A stretch of 64,000 bases of DNA from Squalus acanthias (Eukaryota), in NCBI GenBank assembly GCA_030390025.1, contig CM059432.1, forward strand, positions 60,142,001 to 60,206,000, written 5' to 3'. Of the stretch, positions 25,051-39,339 are shown one piece after another (position 1 is the first letter of the stretch; each line of letters opens with the position of its first letter). The notes beneath the pieces are model-generated. The model did not search any database. It saw nothing but the letters and a program-made list of their open reading frames with translations, and had not been told where the DNA came from. The position numbers were made by a program, and so were the translations under genes.

Positions 25051-25634
25051 TTCCATGGCACATAGTATACTGTCATGCGAAGACTAGTTAGAGACCTGGC
25101 ATAGAGCCAGCATTCTAACATATGTTCTATCATTTCTATAGGCATTCCCCAAGAACTTCTGAAGAAGCCAGCACACACAGCAGCCTGCATCACTCACTCC
25201 AACTGTTGTAAGCACCAGGTACATCCACCCTGGGGATTTACCTGGTGAGATCAAGAAGGGGTCACTGCGTGGATCACTGAGTATGAGTGAGACGCAGCAA
25301 GTGGTGGGGACTCTATGGTGGACTAATGTGCCAATAAGCCTTCCTGAATGTCTCCAGCGGCTAGTGGATTTCTCCACAATCATCACCAGGGTGTTTTGGA
25401 CACAACCTCAAATAATTCCATAAGAATATTGTAAGAAAGTCCCTGTGAGATCAGAATCGTTAGGCTCTGCTGAGGAACGATGATCCTCCAGGCAGCAGGT
25501 TCCTGCTATTACCTTCCATCACTATTTGCTGCTCCTAACTCATGCTCAGTAAATGAGTTTCACTTTACTTAAACTTTGTTCAGAAATTTCCTTTCTGATG
25601 TTGCAGTATAAGGTAGCAGCAGATCAAAGGATAG

Positions 25635-27932
25635 ATGTTACCTGAGCCACGTGCAAATTGGCATAGGGACAAGCAGATCAGAGAGTTAAATGCATGGCTC
25701 AAAGAGTAGTTTGGGAGGAAGTGGTTTCGATTCGTGGGGCACTGGTACCACTACTGGGGAAAGAGGGAGCTGCTCCGTTGGGACGGGCTCCACTTAAACC
25801 GGGCTGTGACCAGTGTCCTGGCGAATCGAATAACTCGGGCTGCAGATTGGGAAATTAGATTAAAAGGTATGACAGTCGATAAGCAGTGGCAAACATTTAA
25901 AGAAATATTTCAAAATTCTCAATGAATATACGTTCCACTGAGAAATTAAAAATCCACAGGAAAAGTGATCCCTCTGTGGCTAACTAAAGAAGTTAAGGAT
26001 ACTATTACATTAAAAGAAGAGGCTTATAATGTTGTGATGAATAGTAGTAAGCCTGAGGATGGGGTGAGCTTTAGAAACCAGCAAAGGATGACCAAAAATT
26101 GATAAAAAGGGAGAGAATAGAATGAGAGTAAACTAGCAAGAAATTTTAAAAAACAGATTGTAAGAGCTTCTACAAGTATGTAAAAAGGAAGAGAGTAGCA
26201 AAAGTAAGCATTGGTCCCTTAGAGGCTGAGACAGGTGAAATTATATTGGGGAACAAGGAAATGGCTGAGAAGAAACAAAAAGCATACCAAAGATAGTGGG
26301 GAACCAAGGGGCTAATGAGAGTGGGGAACTTGAAGTAATTAACATCAGTAGAGGAAAAATTCTTGAGAAACTAATGGGGCTAAAAGCGGACAAATCCCCT
26401 GGAACGTGACGGCCTACATCCTAGGGTTCTAAAAGAGGTGATCTTGCAAAATTCTCTAGATTCTTGAACGGTCCCAGCAGATTAGAAGGTAGCAAATGTA
26501 ACACCGCTATTCAAGAAAGGAGGGGGAGAGAAAATAGGGAACTACAGGGCAGTTAGCCTGACATCAGGCATTGGGAAAATGCTGGAATCCATTATTAAGG
26601 AAGTGGTAACAGAGTATTTAGAAAATCATAATATGGTTAGGCAGAATAAACATGGTTTTATGAAAGGGAAATTGTGCTTAACAAATTTATTAGAGTTTTT
26701 TGAGGATGTAACTAGCAGGGTAGATAAAGGGGAACCAGTGGATGTAGTATATTTGGATTTCCAAAAGCCATTTGATAAGGTGCCACAAAAAAGGATGTTA
26801 TGCAAGGTAAGGGCTCATGGGGTTGGGGGGTAATATATTAGCATGGATAGAGGTTTGGTTAATGGACAAAAAACAAAAGTAGGGATAAACATGTCATTTT
26901 CAGGTTGGCAGGCTGTAACTAGTGGGGTGCCGCAAGGATCAGTGCTGGGGCCTCAGCTATTTACAATCTATATTAATGACTTAGATGAAGGGACTGAGTG
27001 CAATGTATCCAAGTTTGCTGATGATACAAGGCTAGGTGGGAAAGTAAGCTGTGAGGAGGACACAGGGATATAGACAGGTTAAATAAGTCGGAAGTAAGGT
27101 GGCAGATGGAGTATAATGTGGGGAAATGTGAGGGTATTCACTTTGATATGAAGAATAGAAAAGCAGAATATTTTTTAAATGGTGAGAAACTATTAAATAT
27201 TGTTGTTCAGAGAGATTTAGGTGTCCTGTACAGGAAACACAGAGAGTTAGCATGCAGCTACAGCAAGCAATTAGGAAGGCAAATGACATGTTGGCTTTTA
27301 TTGCAAGGGGGTTGTAGTACAAGAGTAAGGAAGTCTTGCTACAATTGTACAGGGCTTTGGTGAGACCACACCTGGAATACTGTGCACAGTTTTGGTCTCC
27401 TTATCTGAGGAAGGATATACTTGCCTTAGAGGCGGTGCAACAAAGGTTCACTAGACTGATTCTTGGGATGAGAGGGTTGTCCTATGAGAAGAGATTGAGT
27501 AGATTGGACCTATACTCTCTGGAGTTTAGAAGAATGAGAGGTGATCTCATTGAAACATACAAGATCTGAGGGGGGTTGACAGGGTAGATGCTGAGAGGCT
27601 GTTTCCCTTGGCTGGAGAGTCCAGAACATGGGGGCATAGTCTCAGGATAAGGGGTCGGCCATTTAAGACTGAGATGAGGAAGAATTTCTTCACTCAGAAG
27701 GTTGTGAATCTTTGGAAATCTCTACCCCAAAGGGCTGTGGATACTGAGTCATTGAGTATATTCAAGACTGAGATGGATACATTTTTGGATGCTAGGGGAA
27801 TCAAGGGATATGGAGATCGGGCGGGAAAGTGGAATTGAGATCGAAGATCAATCATGATCTTATTGAATGGCGGAGCAGGCTTGAGGGGCTGTAAAGCCTA
27901 CTCCTGCTCCTAATTCTTAAGGTCTTATGTTC
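25635..27932 (+). mobile_element. CR1 LINE with an ORF1 esterase remnant fused by deletion to ORF2
   Basis: GHWYHYWGKRELLRWDGLHLN is followed directly by ORF2 sequence (VDKQWQTFK). RT motifs [21 protein letters not shown] and FADDT are present, then a CR1 tail. Confidence 0.9.
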
Positions 27933-28029
27933 ATTCTAGTTGAGGTTATGCAGGAATCAATGTTGGCAATGGTGTATTGGACCACTGCATTGTGGAGACA
28001 TGGACAGGAGGTTTAGTTAAATGGGTAGC

Positions 28030-29318
28030 TCAGGCACTTAGATGAATGTCTGCTGAATGAGAGCCTGGTGTATCACTGACCAAGTTGCAAAGGTGTTTCA
28101 TGGTGTGCGCAAAGCTCTGTGCAATGTTGGAGGCGGACTCGTCCACGCTCCTTACCATTGCCGAGAGGCTCTCGGGCACCCTTACCATTGCACCTATCGT
28201 CTCGGAGTGCATGGCCATCACCCTTCTTGTGAACGCCTCCCCATCGAGGTCCTCATCTGAATCCTGTGCAGCAGAACCCGCGCGCGAACTCGCCCTCTGG
28301 GGAGCTGGCTCCCGAGCTATCCTTTCCTCCTGGTCTTGATGCAGCCCGCTCGTCCCCGGTGCATCACCCAGTGCAGACCCCTCTACTAAACTTGCCTCTA
28401 AATATCGCATAGTGCGAGTATCTGAGGTGGTGCCTGCGGGTGAGAGATGCAGTGGTGCGGTGCTTTGCTCCTCCTCCTCTTCTCCTTCCTCACTCTTGGT
28501 GAGAGGCTCAGGGACAGGCTGGTCATCTGGTTGCTGATTCTCTGATAGCACAAAGGCACAAGACTCGCGTTAAGGTGAGGGCAGTAGGACAGGAAGGGAG
28601 CAAGGAATGCAGACAGTATCAGGAGCTGGAAAGTGGGAAAGGCTTGTGGTGTGAGGGGGAAGTGGGATGAGAGAAGGAGAGGGGATGAACATACTGTTGT
28701 TGCCCCCAAGGGGGTCGATGTTGCTGACGGTCACGGCGCCCGCCACCTACTGTCGAATGAGTCGCAGCACTCGCTCCTCCAGGTCTGCAAGCTGCCGGAG
28801 CTGCGCATCATCCTCGCCTGTTCTCTGCTGCTCCCTCCTATTGTGGGCCATTTTGGCCTGCAAGAGAAACGAATGTGTGTGAGTCAGAGTCCAGCTATGT
28901 GTTTGGGAGATATGCCTGCCGTAGTTGAATAGCTGTGATTGTAGGCAAGGCATGAGCTGTGAATGTGAGTTTGATTAGATGCAGATGCTTGGTGGGTGAG
29001 TGGTGGGGGTGTGGTGCTTTGTGCAGTGTGTACAGACTGAGGTTCAGCTGCTGGTATGTAGGACCTGCTGAAGCATGTACTCACCTTGACCACCCGAGTA
29101 AGGTCGTTGAATTTCTTCCGGCACTGTGTCAGGCTGCGTATGACCACACGACTGGCCTAGACCTTCTGGGCCACTTCCCTCCACATTGCCCTGAAGACCT
29201 GGGGCAATGGCCTCCTTCCAGTGTCCGGGAACAGCACTGCCCTCCTTTGCTCCACTCCCGCGACTAATACCTCGTCCGTGAAACGACGAGCTCACTCCCT
29301 GGGAATGGGATCAGCCAT
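28030..29318 (-). pseudogene. Harbinger Myb/SANT-like gene remnant (3 exons)
   Basis: Exon 1 (29318-29085) ends TQCRKKFNDLTRVVK|gtgagt; exon 2 AKMAHNRREQQRTG; exon 3 acidic ...DSDEDLDGEAF. Confidence 0.8.
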
Positions 29319-29407
29319 CACAATCAGGGGATTGAGTTGGTTGCAGGTCGACTTCACAGCAAGCAATGCTGATAATGAGGATCTGCACAATGATGCAACC
29401 TCCCTCG

Positions 29408-29847
29408 TGTCAGCTGTGGCTCAGTGGGTAGTACCCTCGCCTCTGAGTCTATGGCTGTGGGTTCAAGTCCCACTCCAGGGATTTGTACACTTAAATCTAG
29501 GCTGACACTCCAGTGCAGTGCTGAGGGAGTGCTGCACTGTCAGCGGTGCCGTCATTCAGATGAGACATTAAACTGAGGCCCCGTCTGCTCTCTCAGGTGG
29601 ACATAAAAGATCCCATGACACTATTTCGAAGAAGAGCAGGGGAGTTATCCCTGGTGTCCTGGCCAATATTTATCCCTCAACCAACATAACAAAAACAGTT
29701 TATCTGGTCATTATCACATGCGCATATTGACTACCGCGTTTCCCACATTACAACAGTGACTGCACTCCAAAAGTACTGCATTGGCTATAAAGCGCTTTGA
29801 GATGTCCGGTGGTCGAGAAAGGCGTTATATAAATGTAAGTCTTTCTT
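29408..29847 (+). mobile_element. Full-length tRNA-derived DeuSINE (SacSINE1-like)
   Basis: A box tggctcagtggg, B box ggttcaagtccc, Deu-like core (gatgagacattaaactgaggccccgtctg...aaagatcccatg...ggtgtcctggccaatatt) and an L2-like tail tatataaatgtaagtctttc. Confidence 0.85.
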
Positions 29848-29971
29848 TTCCCCTTTTAGAGCTGGAAGGAGCCAGTGTGAAGGATCATTCCCGATTGCAC
29901 TGCACCTGAAATTCATTATCGATCTGCTGGTAGCAGCCCTGTAGCACCCTACTGAGATCTTTAGCTCTCCA

Positions 29972-30221
29972 GGGGGGAAAAATTCGGTGGCTAATTTTAG
30001 CGCCCCAAAAAAGTTAGTGCACCTGCGCCGTAAATTCAGTAGTAAAGCCCCAAGCAGGAGGTGGGGCGCCCCCGGGGGCGCTAACGGGGCGCAAAGCAAC
30101 CCAATTTTCCCCCCAGGTCTTTCCAATTTAGGAGAAGCTCAGAATCCTTAGTGCCTGGTGCTACTTTTTCATCATTTCAAAAATTAGCATCCCAAATGGG
30201 GCGATACCGAATTTCCCCCCC
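29972..30221. mobile_element. Harbinger-type MITE
   Basis: TIRs ggggggaaaaattcggt / accgaatttcccccc. Its interior shares ttagcgccc and tagcacc motifs with 35802-36481. Confidence 0.65.
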
Positions 30222-30685
30222 ATGTGTCTAATTTGTCAATTAAAAATAAAAATCTAGATTCACAGCTAATTGTAATGTAAATCTAAAAGCAAAAGCCCTG
30301 ATTAAGTAGCACCTAAAAATCAAAGATTAATACCATCAATTAAAATGTGCCGTTTGATAGTAAAATTCATAGGCAAGTGTTGCACTAGGTTGCACTACCT
30401 AAACTATCTTCAATTAATGAGGGTGCACAGAGCAAGTGAATAGTTGAGGCTGCAGTTAGAACTCACCCATACACTAGCAGCACTCAGCATCAGCAAGATT
30501 CTTTGTTCTACAAATGACTCATGCATGTTCTGATTCCTCCTCCTGAGATTGTCAGTGGAACTAGACTAAACTCATGCCAAACAGAAGTTGGGAGCCATTG
30601 GCAATTGATGTTTCTACAATTTGTTGTACAGGATATGGGTTATAACATATGCAACCTCTTGTTGTCAGCTCAGTTCTTTATGTTA

Positions 30686-31455
30686 TGGCCTCCATATTAA
30701 ACCCCTCACGAATGACGGGAGAGGGTCGGGGAGGGGTTAAAAATTGAAATTAGCGGAACCAGAGTCCAACACACCGCGCATGTGCACGCTGCCATTTTTA
30801 AACTGGTGGATATTGGGGCTTCTGAGTGTCCCGCTGTGGAGAGGTCGGAGGCTTATTAATATATTTAAGTCAGGCTCCTACAGTGCAATTTGGAGCCCAA
30901 TTTGAAATTAACTCGTGCTGCACAGGATTCCTGGGGGTCGGGAAACTCGGCAGTGAAACGGAGGTGGGAGCTGCCAACTCCCCAAGTTAAATGGCTCTTT
31001 CAGCACTTCTTGTGGGCCAGGAGGAGCAGGAGTGCTCCACACAGGCCCCTCAAGGAAGCCATCGGCCTCCCTCAGCCCCCCTTAGCCCCAATTTCCAGCC
31101 TCCCAGCCCCCTCCACCAGCCCTCTTGACTGCAGGCCTCTCCCCCCCTCCCCGATCGCAGGCCTCTCCCCTCCTCTCGATTGCTGAACGGAGCTTCCTTG
31201 CCCCCTCATGATTGCCAACATCCCCCAGGCTCCTAATTGCTGGGGACCGTGCCCAAGGGTCCCCAGTTGTGGCCTACTGCTGCTAGTGTTACTTCCTGCC
31301 TGCCAGCCAGGTTGTCCATTTGACGGGCTGCCGGGTGGGAGGCAGAGCTAGAAAATGCAAATGAGCCCCTGTCGTTAAGATCGGCAGGACCTCCGCGTCC
31401 ATGGCTTTGCCATTTTCGGCCTCACCCACGCCGTCCCCACCTATCAAACTATATT
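30686..31455. mobile_element. Non-autonomous Harbinger-like element, related to 39340-40352
   Basis: C-rich ccgatc-type interior, and a gccagccag...aatgagcccctgtcgttaa block resembling 40175-40270. Confidence 0.5.
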
Positions 31456-31490
31456 ACTTGCCTGAGTATAGGATAAAGTACCCATTGAGA

Positions 31491-32330
31491 AATAACAACA
31501 ACTTGCAATTATATATCGCTTTTAACGAAGTAAAATGTCCCAAGGTACTTCACAGGAGCATTAGCAAACAAAATTTGACACCAAGCCACATAATGAGATA
31601 TTGGGACAGGTGACTAAAAGATTTGTCTTTAAGGAGCATCTTAAAGGAGGAACGATAGTTAGAGGCAATGAGGTTTAGGGAGAAATTACCAGAGCTTAGG
31701 CCTAGGCAACTGAAAGCACAGCCATCAATGATGGAGAGAAGGAAATCGGGGATGTGCAAGAGGCCAGAATTGGAGGCGCGCAGAGATCTCGGAGGGTTGT
31801 AGGTTATAGAGATAGGGAGGGGTGAGGCTATGGAGGGATTTGAAAACAAGGGTGAGAATTTTAAAGTCGAGGCAATGCCAGAGCGGGCCCAATGTAAGCC
31901 AGTGAGCACAGGGGTGATAGGTGAACGAGACTTGATGCGAGTTAGGACATGGGCAGCAGAGTTTTGGATGAGCTCAAGTATATGGAGAGTGCAAGGTGGG
32001 AGACCAGCCAGGAGAGCATTGGGATAGTCGAGTCTAAAAGTAACAAAGGCATGGATGAGGGTTTCAGCAGCAGATGAGCTGAGGCAGGGGCGGAGATGGG
32101 CAATGTTACAGAGGTGGATGTAGGCGGTCTTGGTGATGGGAGAGGATATGGCGTCGGAAGCTGAGCACAGGGTCAAATAGAACACCAAGGTTGCGAACAG
32201 TCTGGTTCAGCCTCAGACAGTGGTCAGAAAGAGGGATGGAGTCAATGACTAGGAAACAGAGTTTATGGCTTCAGTCTTCACAATATTTAATTGGAGGAAA
32301 TTTCTGCTTATCCAATACTGGATGTCGACA
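31491..32330 (-). mobile_element. L2 LINE 3' part
   Basis: Reads AAETLIHAFVTFRLDYPNALLAGLP...LELIQNSAA; the tail appears as (aac)n on + at ~31494. Confidence 0.9.
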
Positions 32331-35300
32331 AGCAGCGGAATTAAACGGAGTGCACTTAAACAGAGTGTTTCATTTGGGAATTTGGAAAGAGTGGGAATTC
32401 GGAGAAGAGGGGGAAGGAATTGCTGCTTTTTGCCTACACTACTTGTGGTGCTTCGTGTTACAGGTAGATATTTAATTACATTATCCATAACTTAATCTAG
32501 ATCAATTAAGTAGTCAAGAAACGAAACTGTAAACTAAGTTACTTAAACACAAATGTAATTAAATTTAATTAAATAGAACAAGGTCATATAGGGATAACAG
32601 TACAGGTGGTGTGCCTCAACTGCAGCATGTGGGAGTTTGTGGAGATCATTGCTTTTAGATCAGCCACGTTTGCAGTAAGTGCCTGCATCTTGAGAAACTT
32701 CAGCTCAGAGTTGTTGAGCTGGAGTCTGAGGTGCAGACATTGCGGGGCATCAGGGAGGGGGAGAGTTATCTCGACACTTTTATCCAGGAGGCAGTCACAC
32801 CCCTTAGGTTAGGTAGTGGTACAGGTCTGGTTAGTAGTCAGGGACAGGAGGGTGTGACTGCAACTCAGGCAGCTAAGGGGACCCCAGGTGAAGTGCTGGA
32901 GGAGCTTCGGCATTTGTCCTTATCCAACAGGTATGAAGTTCTTGCTGCCTGTGTGGATGAGGGAAAAGCCTGCAGGAATGGATGAGCAAGCTCACCATGG
33001 TACCATGGTGCAGGAGGCGATTCAAGTGGGGGCAGTGAAAAGGAATGTGGTAGGGGACAGTATAGTCAGGGGGATAGATACTGTTCTCTGCAGCCGCGAC
33101 CGGGAGTTCCGAAGGTTGTGCTGCCTGCTCGGTGCCAGGGTTAAAGACATCTCCTCACGGCTGGAGAAGAACTTGGAGTGGGAAGGGGAGGATCCAGTTG
33201 TCGTGGTCCACGTAGGAACCAATGACATAGGTAGAACTCGGAATGAGGTTCTGCTGAGAGAGTTTGAGGAGTTGGGGTCCAAATTAAAAAGCAGAACCTC
33301 AAAGGTAATAATCTCTGGATTGTTACCTGAGCCATGCGCCAATTGGCATAGGGATAAGCAGATTAGAGAGTTAAATGCGTGGCTCAAACAGTGGTGTGGG
33401 AGGCAGAGGTTTTGCTTCATGGGGCACTGGTACCAGTACTGGGGAAGGAAGGAGCTGTACCATTGGGACGGGCTCCACTTAAACTGAGCTGGGACCAGTG
33501 TCCTGGCAAATCGAATAACTAGGGCAGTAGACAGGGCTTTAAACTAATGAAGCGGGTTGGGAGGATTCAGGAAAGTGTAAATTTAAAAGCAGCAAGAGAA
33601 ATGTCATGGCTCTAGAGCAGAGTAGAGTTTTGGGTAAAAATAAGCAGAGTGGGTCAGGAAGTGACAGAGAGAGTAACAAAGGTAATAGGGCATCAGTGAC
33701 TAAGGTGACATCAGGGAAAAATAGAAAAAAGTCAAAGCTAAAGGCACTATATCTGAATGTGCGAAGAATTCGCAACAAAACAGATGAATTAATAGCGGAG
33801 GTATAAATTAACAGGTTTGATCTAATAGCCATTACGGAGATGTGGTTGCAAAGTGACCAAGGTTGGGAACTAAATATTGCAAGATACTTAAATTTTAGAA
33901 GAGATAGGCACAATGGAAAGGGAGGAGGAGTTGCCCTGATAATAAAGGATGGGATAAAGACAGTAGAGAGAAAGGATCTGAGCTCCGAAAATCAAGAAGT
34001 AGAATCAATTTGGATGGAGCTAAGAAACAGCAAGGGGCAGAAGACATTGGGGGGAGTTGTTTATAGGCCCCCAAACAGTAGTTGTAATGTCGGGCAGAGT
34101 ATAAGTCAGGAAAATAAAGGCGCATGTAACAGGATAATACAGTAATCATGGGGGACTTTAATCTACATATAGACTGGGCAAACCAAATTTGCAGTAATAG
34201 TGTGGAGGACGAATTCATGGAATGTGCAAGATAGTTTTCTAGATCAGTATGTTGAGGAACTAACTAGGGATCAGGCTATTTTAGATCTAGTATTGTGCAA
34301 TGAGAAAGGGTTAATTAATGACCTTGTAGAAAGGGGCCTTTAGGGAAGACTGACCATAATATGATAGAATTTTATATTAAGTTTGAAAATGATTTGGTTA
34401 AATCCGAAACTAGGGTCTTCAATCTAAACAAAGCAAACTATGTAGGCATAAGGGGGATGAGTTGGCTAAGGTAGTTTGGGAAACTACATTAAAAAGTATG
34501 ATGGTAGACAAGCAATGGCGCGCATTTAAAGAATTAATATATAATTTACAACAAATATACATTTCTTTAAGGCACAAAAACCCCACAGGAAAAGCGGTCC
34601 AACCGTGGCTAACAAGAGAAGTTAAAGATAGTATTAGATCAAAGGAAGAGGCTTATAATGTTGCCAAAAAGAGCAGTAAGCCTGAGGATTGGGAGGATTT
34701 TAGAATTCAGCAAAGGAGGACCAAGAAATTGATAAAGAAAGGGAAAATTGAATATGAGAGTAAACTAGCGAGAGACATAAAAACAGACTGTAAAAGCTTC
34801 TATTGGTATGTAAAAAGGAAAAGATTAGCAAAAGTAAATGTGGCTCCCTTACAGGCTGAGACAGGAGAAATTATAATGGGGAATAAGGAAATGGCAGAGA
34901 AATTAAACAAATACTTTGTGTCTGTTTTCACAGAAGAAGACACTAAAAACCTTCCGGAAATAGTGGAGAACCAAAGGTCTAGCAAGAATGAGGAACTGAA
35001 AGAAATTAGTATTAGTAAAAAAATAATACTGGAGAAATTAAATGGGACTGAAAGCTGATATATCCCCTGGACCTGATGGCCTACATCCTAGGGTTTTGAA
35101 AGAGCTGGCTATAGAGATAGTGGATGCATTGGTTGTTATCTTCCAAAATTCCATAGATTCTAGAGCGGTTCCCGCAGATTGGAAGGTAGCAAATGTAACC
35201 CCACTAGTTAAGAAAGGAGGGAGAGAGAAAATGGGGAACTACAGAGCAGTTAGCCTGACATCAGTCATAGGGAAAATGCTAGAATCTATTATTAAGGATG

Positions 35301-36648
35301 TGGTAACAGGGCACTTAGAAAATAATAATAGGATTGGGCAGAGTCAACACGGTTTTATGAAAGGGAAACCATGTTTGATGAATCTGTTACAGAGTTTTTT
35401 GAGGTTGTAACTAGCAGAAGTATACTAGTGTACCGGTTTGGTCTCCTTACCTAAGGAAGGATATACTTGCCATAGAGGGAGTGCAACGAAGGTTCACCAG
35501 ACTGATTGTCTTTTGAGGAGAGATTGAGTAGACTAGGCCTATATTCTCTCGAGTTTAGAAGAATGAGAAGTGATCTCATTGAAACATACAAATTTCTTAC
35601 AGGGCTTGACAGGGTCGATGCAGGGAGGTTGTTTCCCCTGGCTGGGAAGTCTAGAACCAGGGGTCACCAGTCTCAGAATAAGGGGTCGGCCATTTAGGAC
35701 AGAGATGAGGAGAAATTTCTTCACTCAGAGGGTGGTGAATCTTTGGAATTCTCTACCCCAGAGGGCTGTGGAGGCTCAGTCGTTGAGTATATTCAAGACA
35801 AAGGAGGTGAAATTCCCATCGTTAGCACCTCAGTGGGAGGCGCTAATGGGGCGCAAATGGCTCCCCCCCCCCGATGCACGAACCGCGCCTCCCACGAAAT
35901 TCCGCAGGAGGCTTGCGGCGCCGCTACCGGGTATCGCTCCGATCTTCTGCGCCCAGAGATCATGACATCATCTCCTGGCGCAGCGCCCCGGTAGCGCCTC
36001 GGGAGAAGAATTTCCCCTCACGCCCCGCAGCAGCGCCGGGCGATGTTACCGACTGCTGCAGGGGTCGTGAACAGTGAGGCTGGCTGCTTGCGGGGCGCCA
36101 TTTAAAGGTGCGGTGGCCGGCCGACATGAAAAAAATCACCGATTAAAAAAAAACAGTGCCACGATCGGTCAGCCCGGCACTCAGCTCCAGCAGATGGCAA
36201 AAAAAATGCAGAGCTCACAGCAGGGAGTTCTTCCCTTTAATTGAGGGAGAGCCCCTGCAACGCGGGAGTGCCATGCTGATGATCACATCGCCCTGGATCG
36301 GGACATTGCCCCCCTCTTGTGCTCCAAGAGGCAAGTGGAGCGCTTGATTTAGCACTCTACTTCCCTTTTGGAGCAAAAAATGAGAATTTCTCAAATGTTT
36401 GAAAAGGTTAGCACCTGGTGCTAACTTTTCAAACATTTTTGAATTAACGCCCCAAATGGCCCTCTAGGGGAATTTATCCCCCAGAGATCGATAGATTTTT
36501 GGATATTAAGGGAATCAAGGGATATGGAGATAGTGCAGGAAAGTGGAGTTGAGGTAGAAGATCAGCCATAATCTTATTGAATGGCGGAGCAGGCTTGAGG
36601 GGCCGAATGGTCTACTCCTGCTCCTATTTCTTATGTTGTTATGTTCTT
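32331..36648 (+). mobile_element. Near full-length CR1 LINE: ORF1 (zinc finger, coiled coil, SGNH esterase) and ORF2 (APE and partial RT, RT core deleted)
   Basis: ORF1 has CLNCSMWE, VVGDSIVRG, VHVGTNDI and DGLHLN. ORF2 has LYLNVRRI, VVYRPP, PGPDG and QHGF, then jumps near 35420 to post-RT sequence. A CR1 tail ends near 36648. Multiple stops and frameshifts. Confidence 0.92.
35802..36481. mobile_element. GC-rich Harbinger-type MITE inserted in the CR1 3' end
   Basis: Splits ttcaagaca|gagatcgatag with a CAA/CAG duplication. Ends are gtgaaattccc / gggaatttat. Confidence 0.75.
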
Positions 36649-39339
36649 AAATCAGAGGCAAGTTGCAAAACTGAAATCCATAAATTAAATTTTCATCAAA
36701 ACACCTAAGTGCAAACCCTCTTTGTTTGATGTTACATGCTTTCAATCTTCCATTCAGATTTGGAAGATCCGAGAACCATTACTAGTGGTTTGAATTTGCT
36801 TCTGAATGCTAAATATGAGTAACCTGTGAGTTGCTTTTAGTTTCTATGAGTTATTATTCAAAAGCTAGAAAGCCTTATTTTAGTTTTTGGGGCTTGTGGA
36901 AGTTTCAGGGCTGGAGGCGGGTATGGAGGCGGGACTGCCGGGAAAGTTGCAGAAATTGGGGGCGGGTGCCAAACCCACCTCCGTGCCTTCTTGCCAGGAG
37001 GCGGGAAGCCGTCCCACCCTGGGTCCCGTCTCCTTGGAGGCGGGAAAAGATTAAAGCCTATTAACTGCCTGTTAACAGGTAGTTAACAGGAAGAAAATAG
37101 GATTATCCCCATTTTTCGTCCTGAAGTGCGGTCTTCCCGACCTGGGGAAACCCTGCTGGGGCATAGGAGGTGAGTAGGAGGTCTGTGGGGGGTCGGAGGG
37201 GTCTGAAAGTGCGATGTAGAGGTGAGTGATGGGTGCAAGTGTGGAGTGGTAAGTATGTGAGGTGAGTGTAAAGTGTTAGAAAATGTTAACTTACCTTTGT
37301 TTTTACCTACAGCCTTCAGCCGCTGTGGAGCCAGAATCCCCGACATCTCCATTGTAGAGATCACAGACTGCCTGTTGCATCCTCCGATACAACAGCCAGC
37401 TGATTTCTGCAAAGTAGAAAGGTTTGAGGAGTCCTGAACACAAGGAATACACAGAATGTCAGTGTTTGACAGCTTCGCAGAGCTGTCAAACGATGACATT
37501 TCTTCTTTCAAAAGTTCTTGACAGATGACACGTCATACGTTGACGTGCTCTGTCACTAACTGCCCCCTAATTGGCCTGCTGAGCCCACCGGGCGGGCTTA
37601 ACAAGGCCAATCAGGGGAAATTCCCGTTGATTGGCCAGAAGCTGATGGAGGCGGGACTGAAACCCGCCAAGCAGCAGTCCCGCCTCCAAAAGCTTCCCAT
37701 TCAGAAAATCCAGCCCTCAGTGTCCAAAAAGGATGCACACTGAACAGCCAATCGTATCACATCTACAATAATGCTGCAAAGGTACTCCTTAATGAAATAA
37801 TTTGCCATGTAACTACTATAGCCTGGAAATTAATACTTTGTGCCCTAAATACAAATTAACCGTGGTTCCGTATTTGTTTGTGAGAATTAGGAACACCCAG
37901 CTGAAGACACGATCTATTGATTTTTTTTCCATGTGCACTGGACCATGTATTTTAAACACTTACAGAATGGGACAGTCAATCGAATTGGTTGCAATCTAGC
38001 TTTAAGGAGCATGTCAAGTGCCTAAAAAGGCAGTTAAAATAATTTAAAAGTGTATGCAAGAGTAACACTTGTTTGTGCATAGCAATTTTGGAGGGGTAAT
38101 GGAGCACAGAGGAAGGAGTAAGAGCTGGTTTGATGACCAGGCTCTGGAGCTACTGGTCCAGGTAGTGTGAGAATGGAGACAAATGATTTATGGAAGAGAA
38201 GAACAACCTCCCAGAGGGGTAGGGGCCAAGATGGAAGTGAGGGTGTGGGGAGAAGACGTGGATGATTGGGGAGGGAATGGGAACGGAGCTGCTGAGGGCC
38301 ACATTTCTTCCAAATGCTGTCGGTAGACTTAGCATTCCGTTAACGCCGACAATAAGCCCGCTGCCACTTTCAAAGGGTCTCAACGCTGGGCGGCTGAAGC
38401 ACCTGCCTGTAAATCAGGATCCCATTACGTACATAGGACTCTGCTTATCATTTAAGAATAGAACTGATCAGAGTTCAAGTTAAACAAATATTTTGTATCT
38501 GCCTTCACAGTAGAAGACACAAAAAACATACCAGAAATAGTGGTGAACCAAGGGTCGAATGCGAGTGAGGAATTTAAAGTAATTAATATTAGTCAAGAAA
38601 AAAAAACTGGAGAAATTACTGGGACTGAAAGCCGACAAATCCCCTGGAACTGATGGCCTACATCCTAGGGTTCCAAAAGAGGTGGCTGCAGAGATAGTGG
38701 ATGCATTGGTTGTGATTTTCCAAAACTCCCTAGATTCTGGAACAATCCCAGTGAATTGGAAGGCAGCAAATGTAACACCACTATTCAAGAAAGGAGGGAG
38801 AGAGAAAACAGAAAACTACAGGCCATTTAGCCTGACATCAGTCATCGGGAAAATCCTGGAATCCATTATTAAGGAAGTGGTAACAGGGCACTTAGAAAAT
38901 CATAACATGATTAGGCAGAGTCAACATGGTTTTATGAAAGGGAAATTGTGTTTGAGAAATCTATTAGAGTTTTTTGAGGATGTAACTAGCAGGGTAGATA
39001 AAGGGAAACCAGTGGATGTAGTATATTTGGATTTTCAAAAGGCATTCGATAAGGTGTCACACAAAAGGTTATTACACATGATAAGAGCTCATGGAGTTAG
39101 GGGTAAAATATTAGCATGGATAGAAGATTGGTTAAAGGACAGAAAACAGAGAGTAGAAATAAATAGGTCATTTTTAGGTTGGCAGGCTGTTACTAGTGGG
39201 TTACCGCAAGGATCAGTGCTGGGCCTCAGCTATTTACAATCTATATTAATGACTTAGATGAAGGGACTGAGTGTAATGCTTCCAAGCTTTCTGACGATAC
39301 AAAGCACGTTGGGAAAGTAAGCTGTGAGGAGGACACAAA

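Noticed and set aside
29408..29480. tRNA gene
   Set aside because: The A and B boxes belong to a SINE head that continues into a Deu-like core and tail; no convincing cloverleaf is present.
36888..37716. Possible further Harbinger-type MITE ending in aaaatccagccc
   Set aside because: The left TIR and TSD could not be defined with confidence, so it is not listed as a feature.
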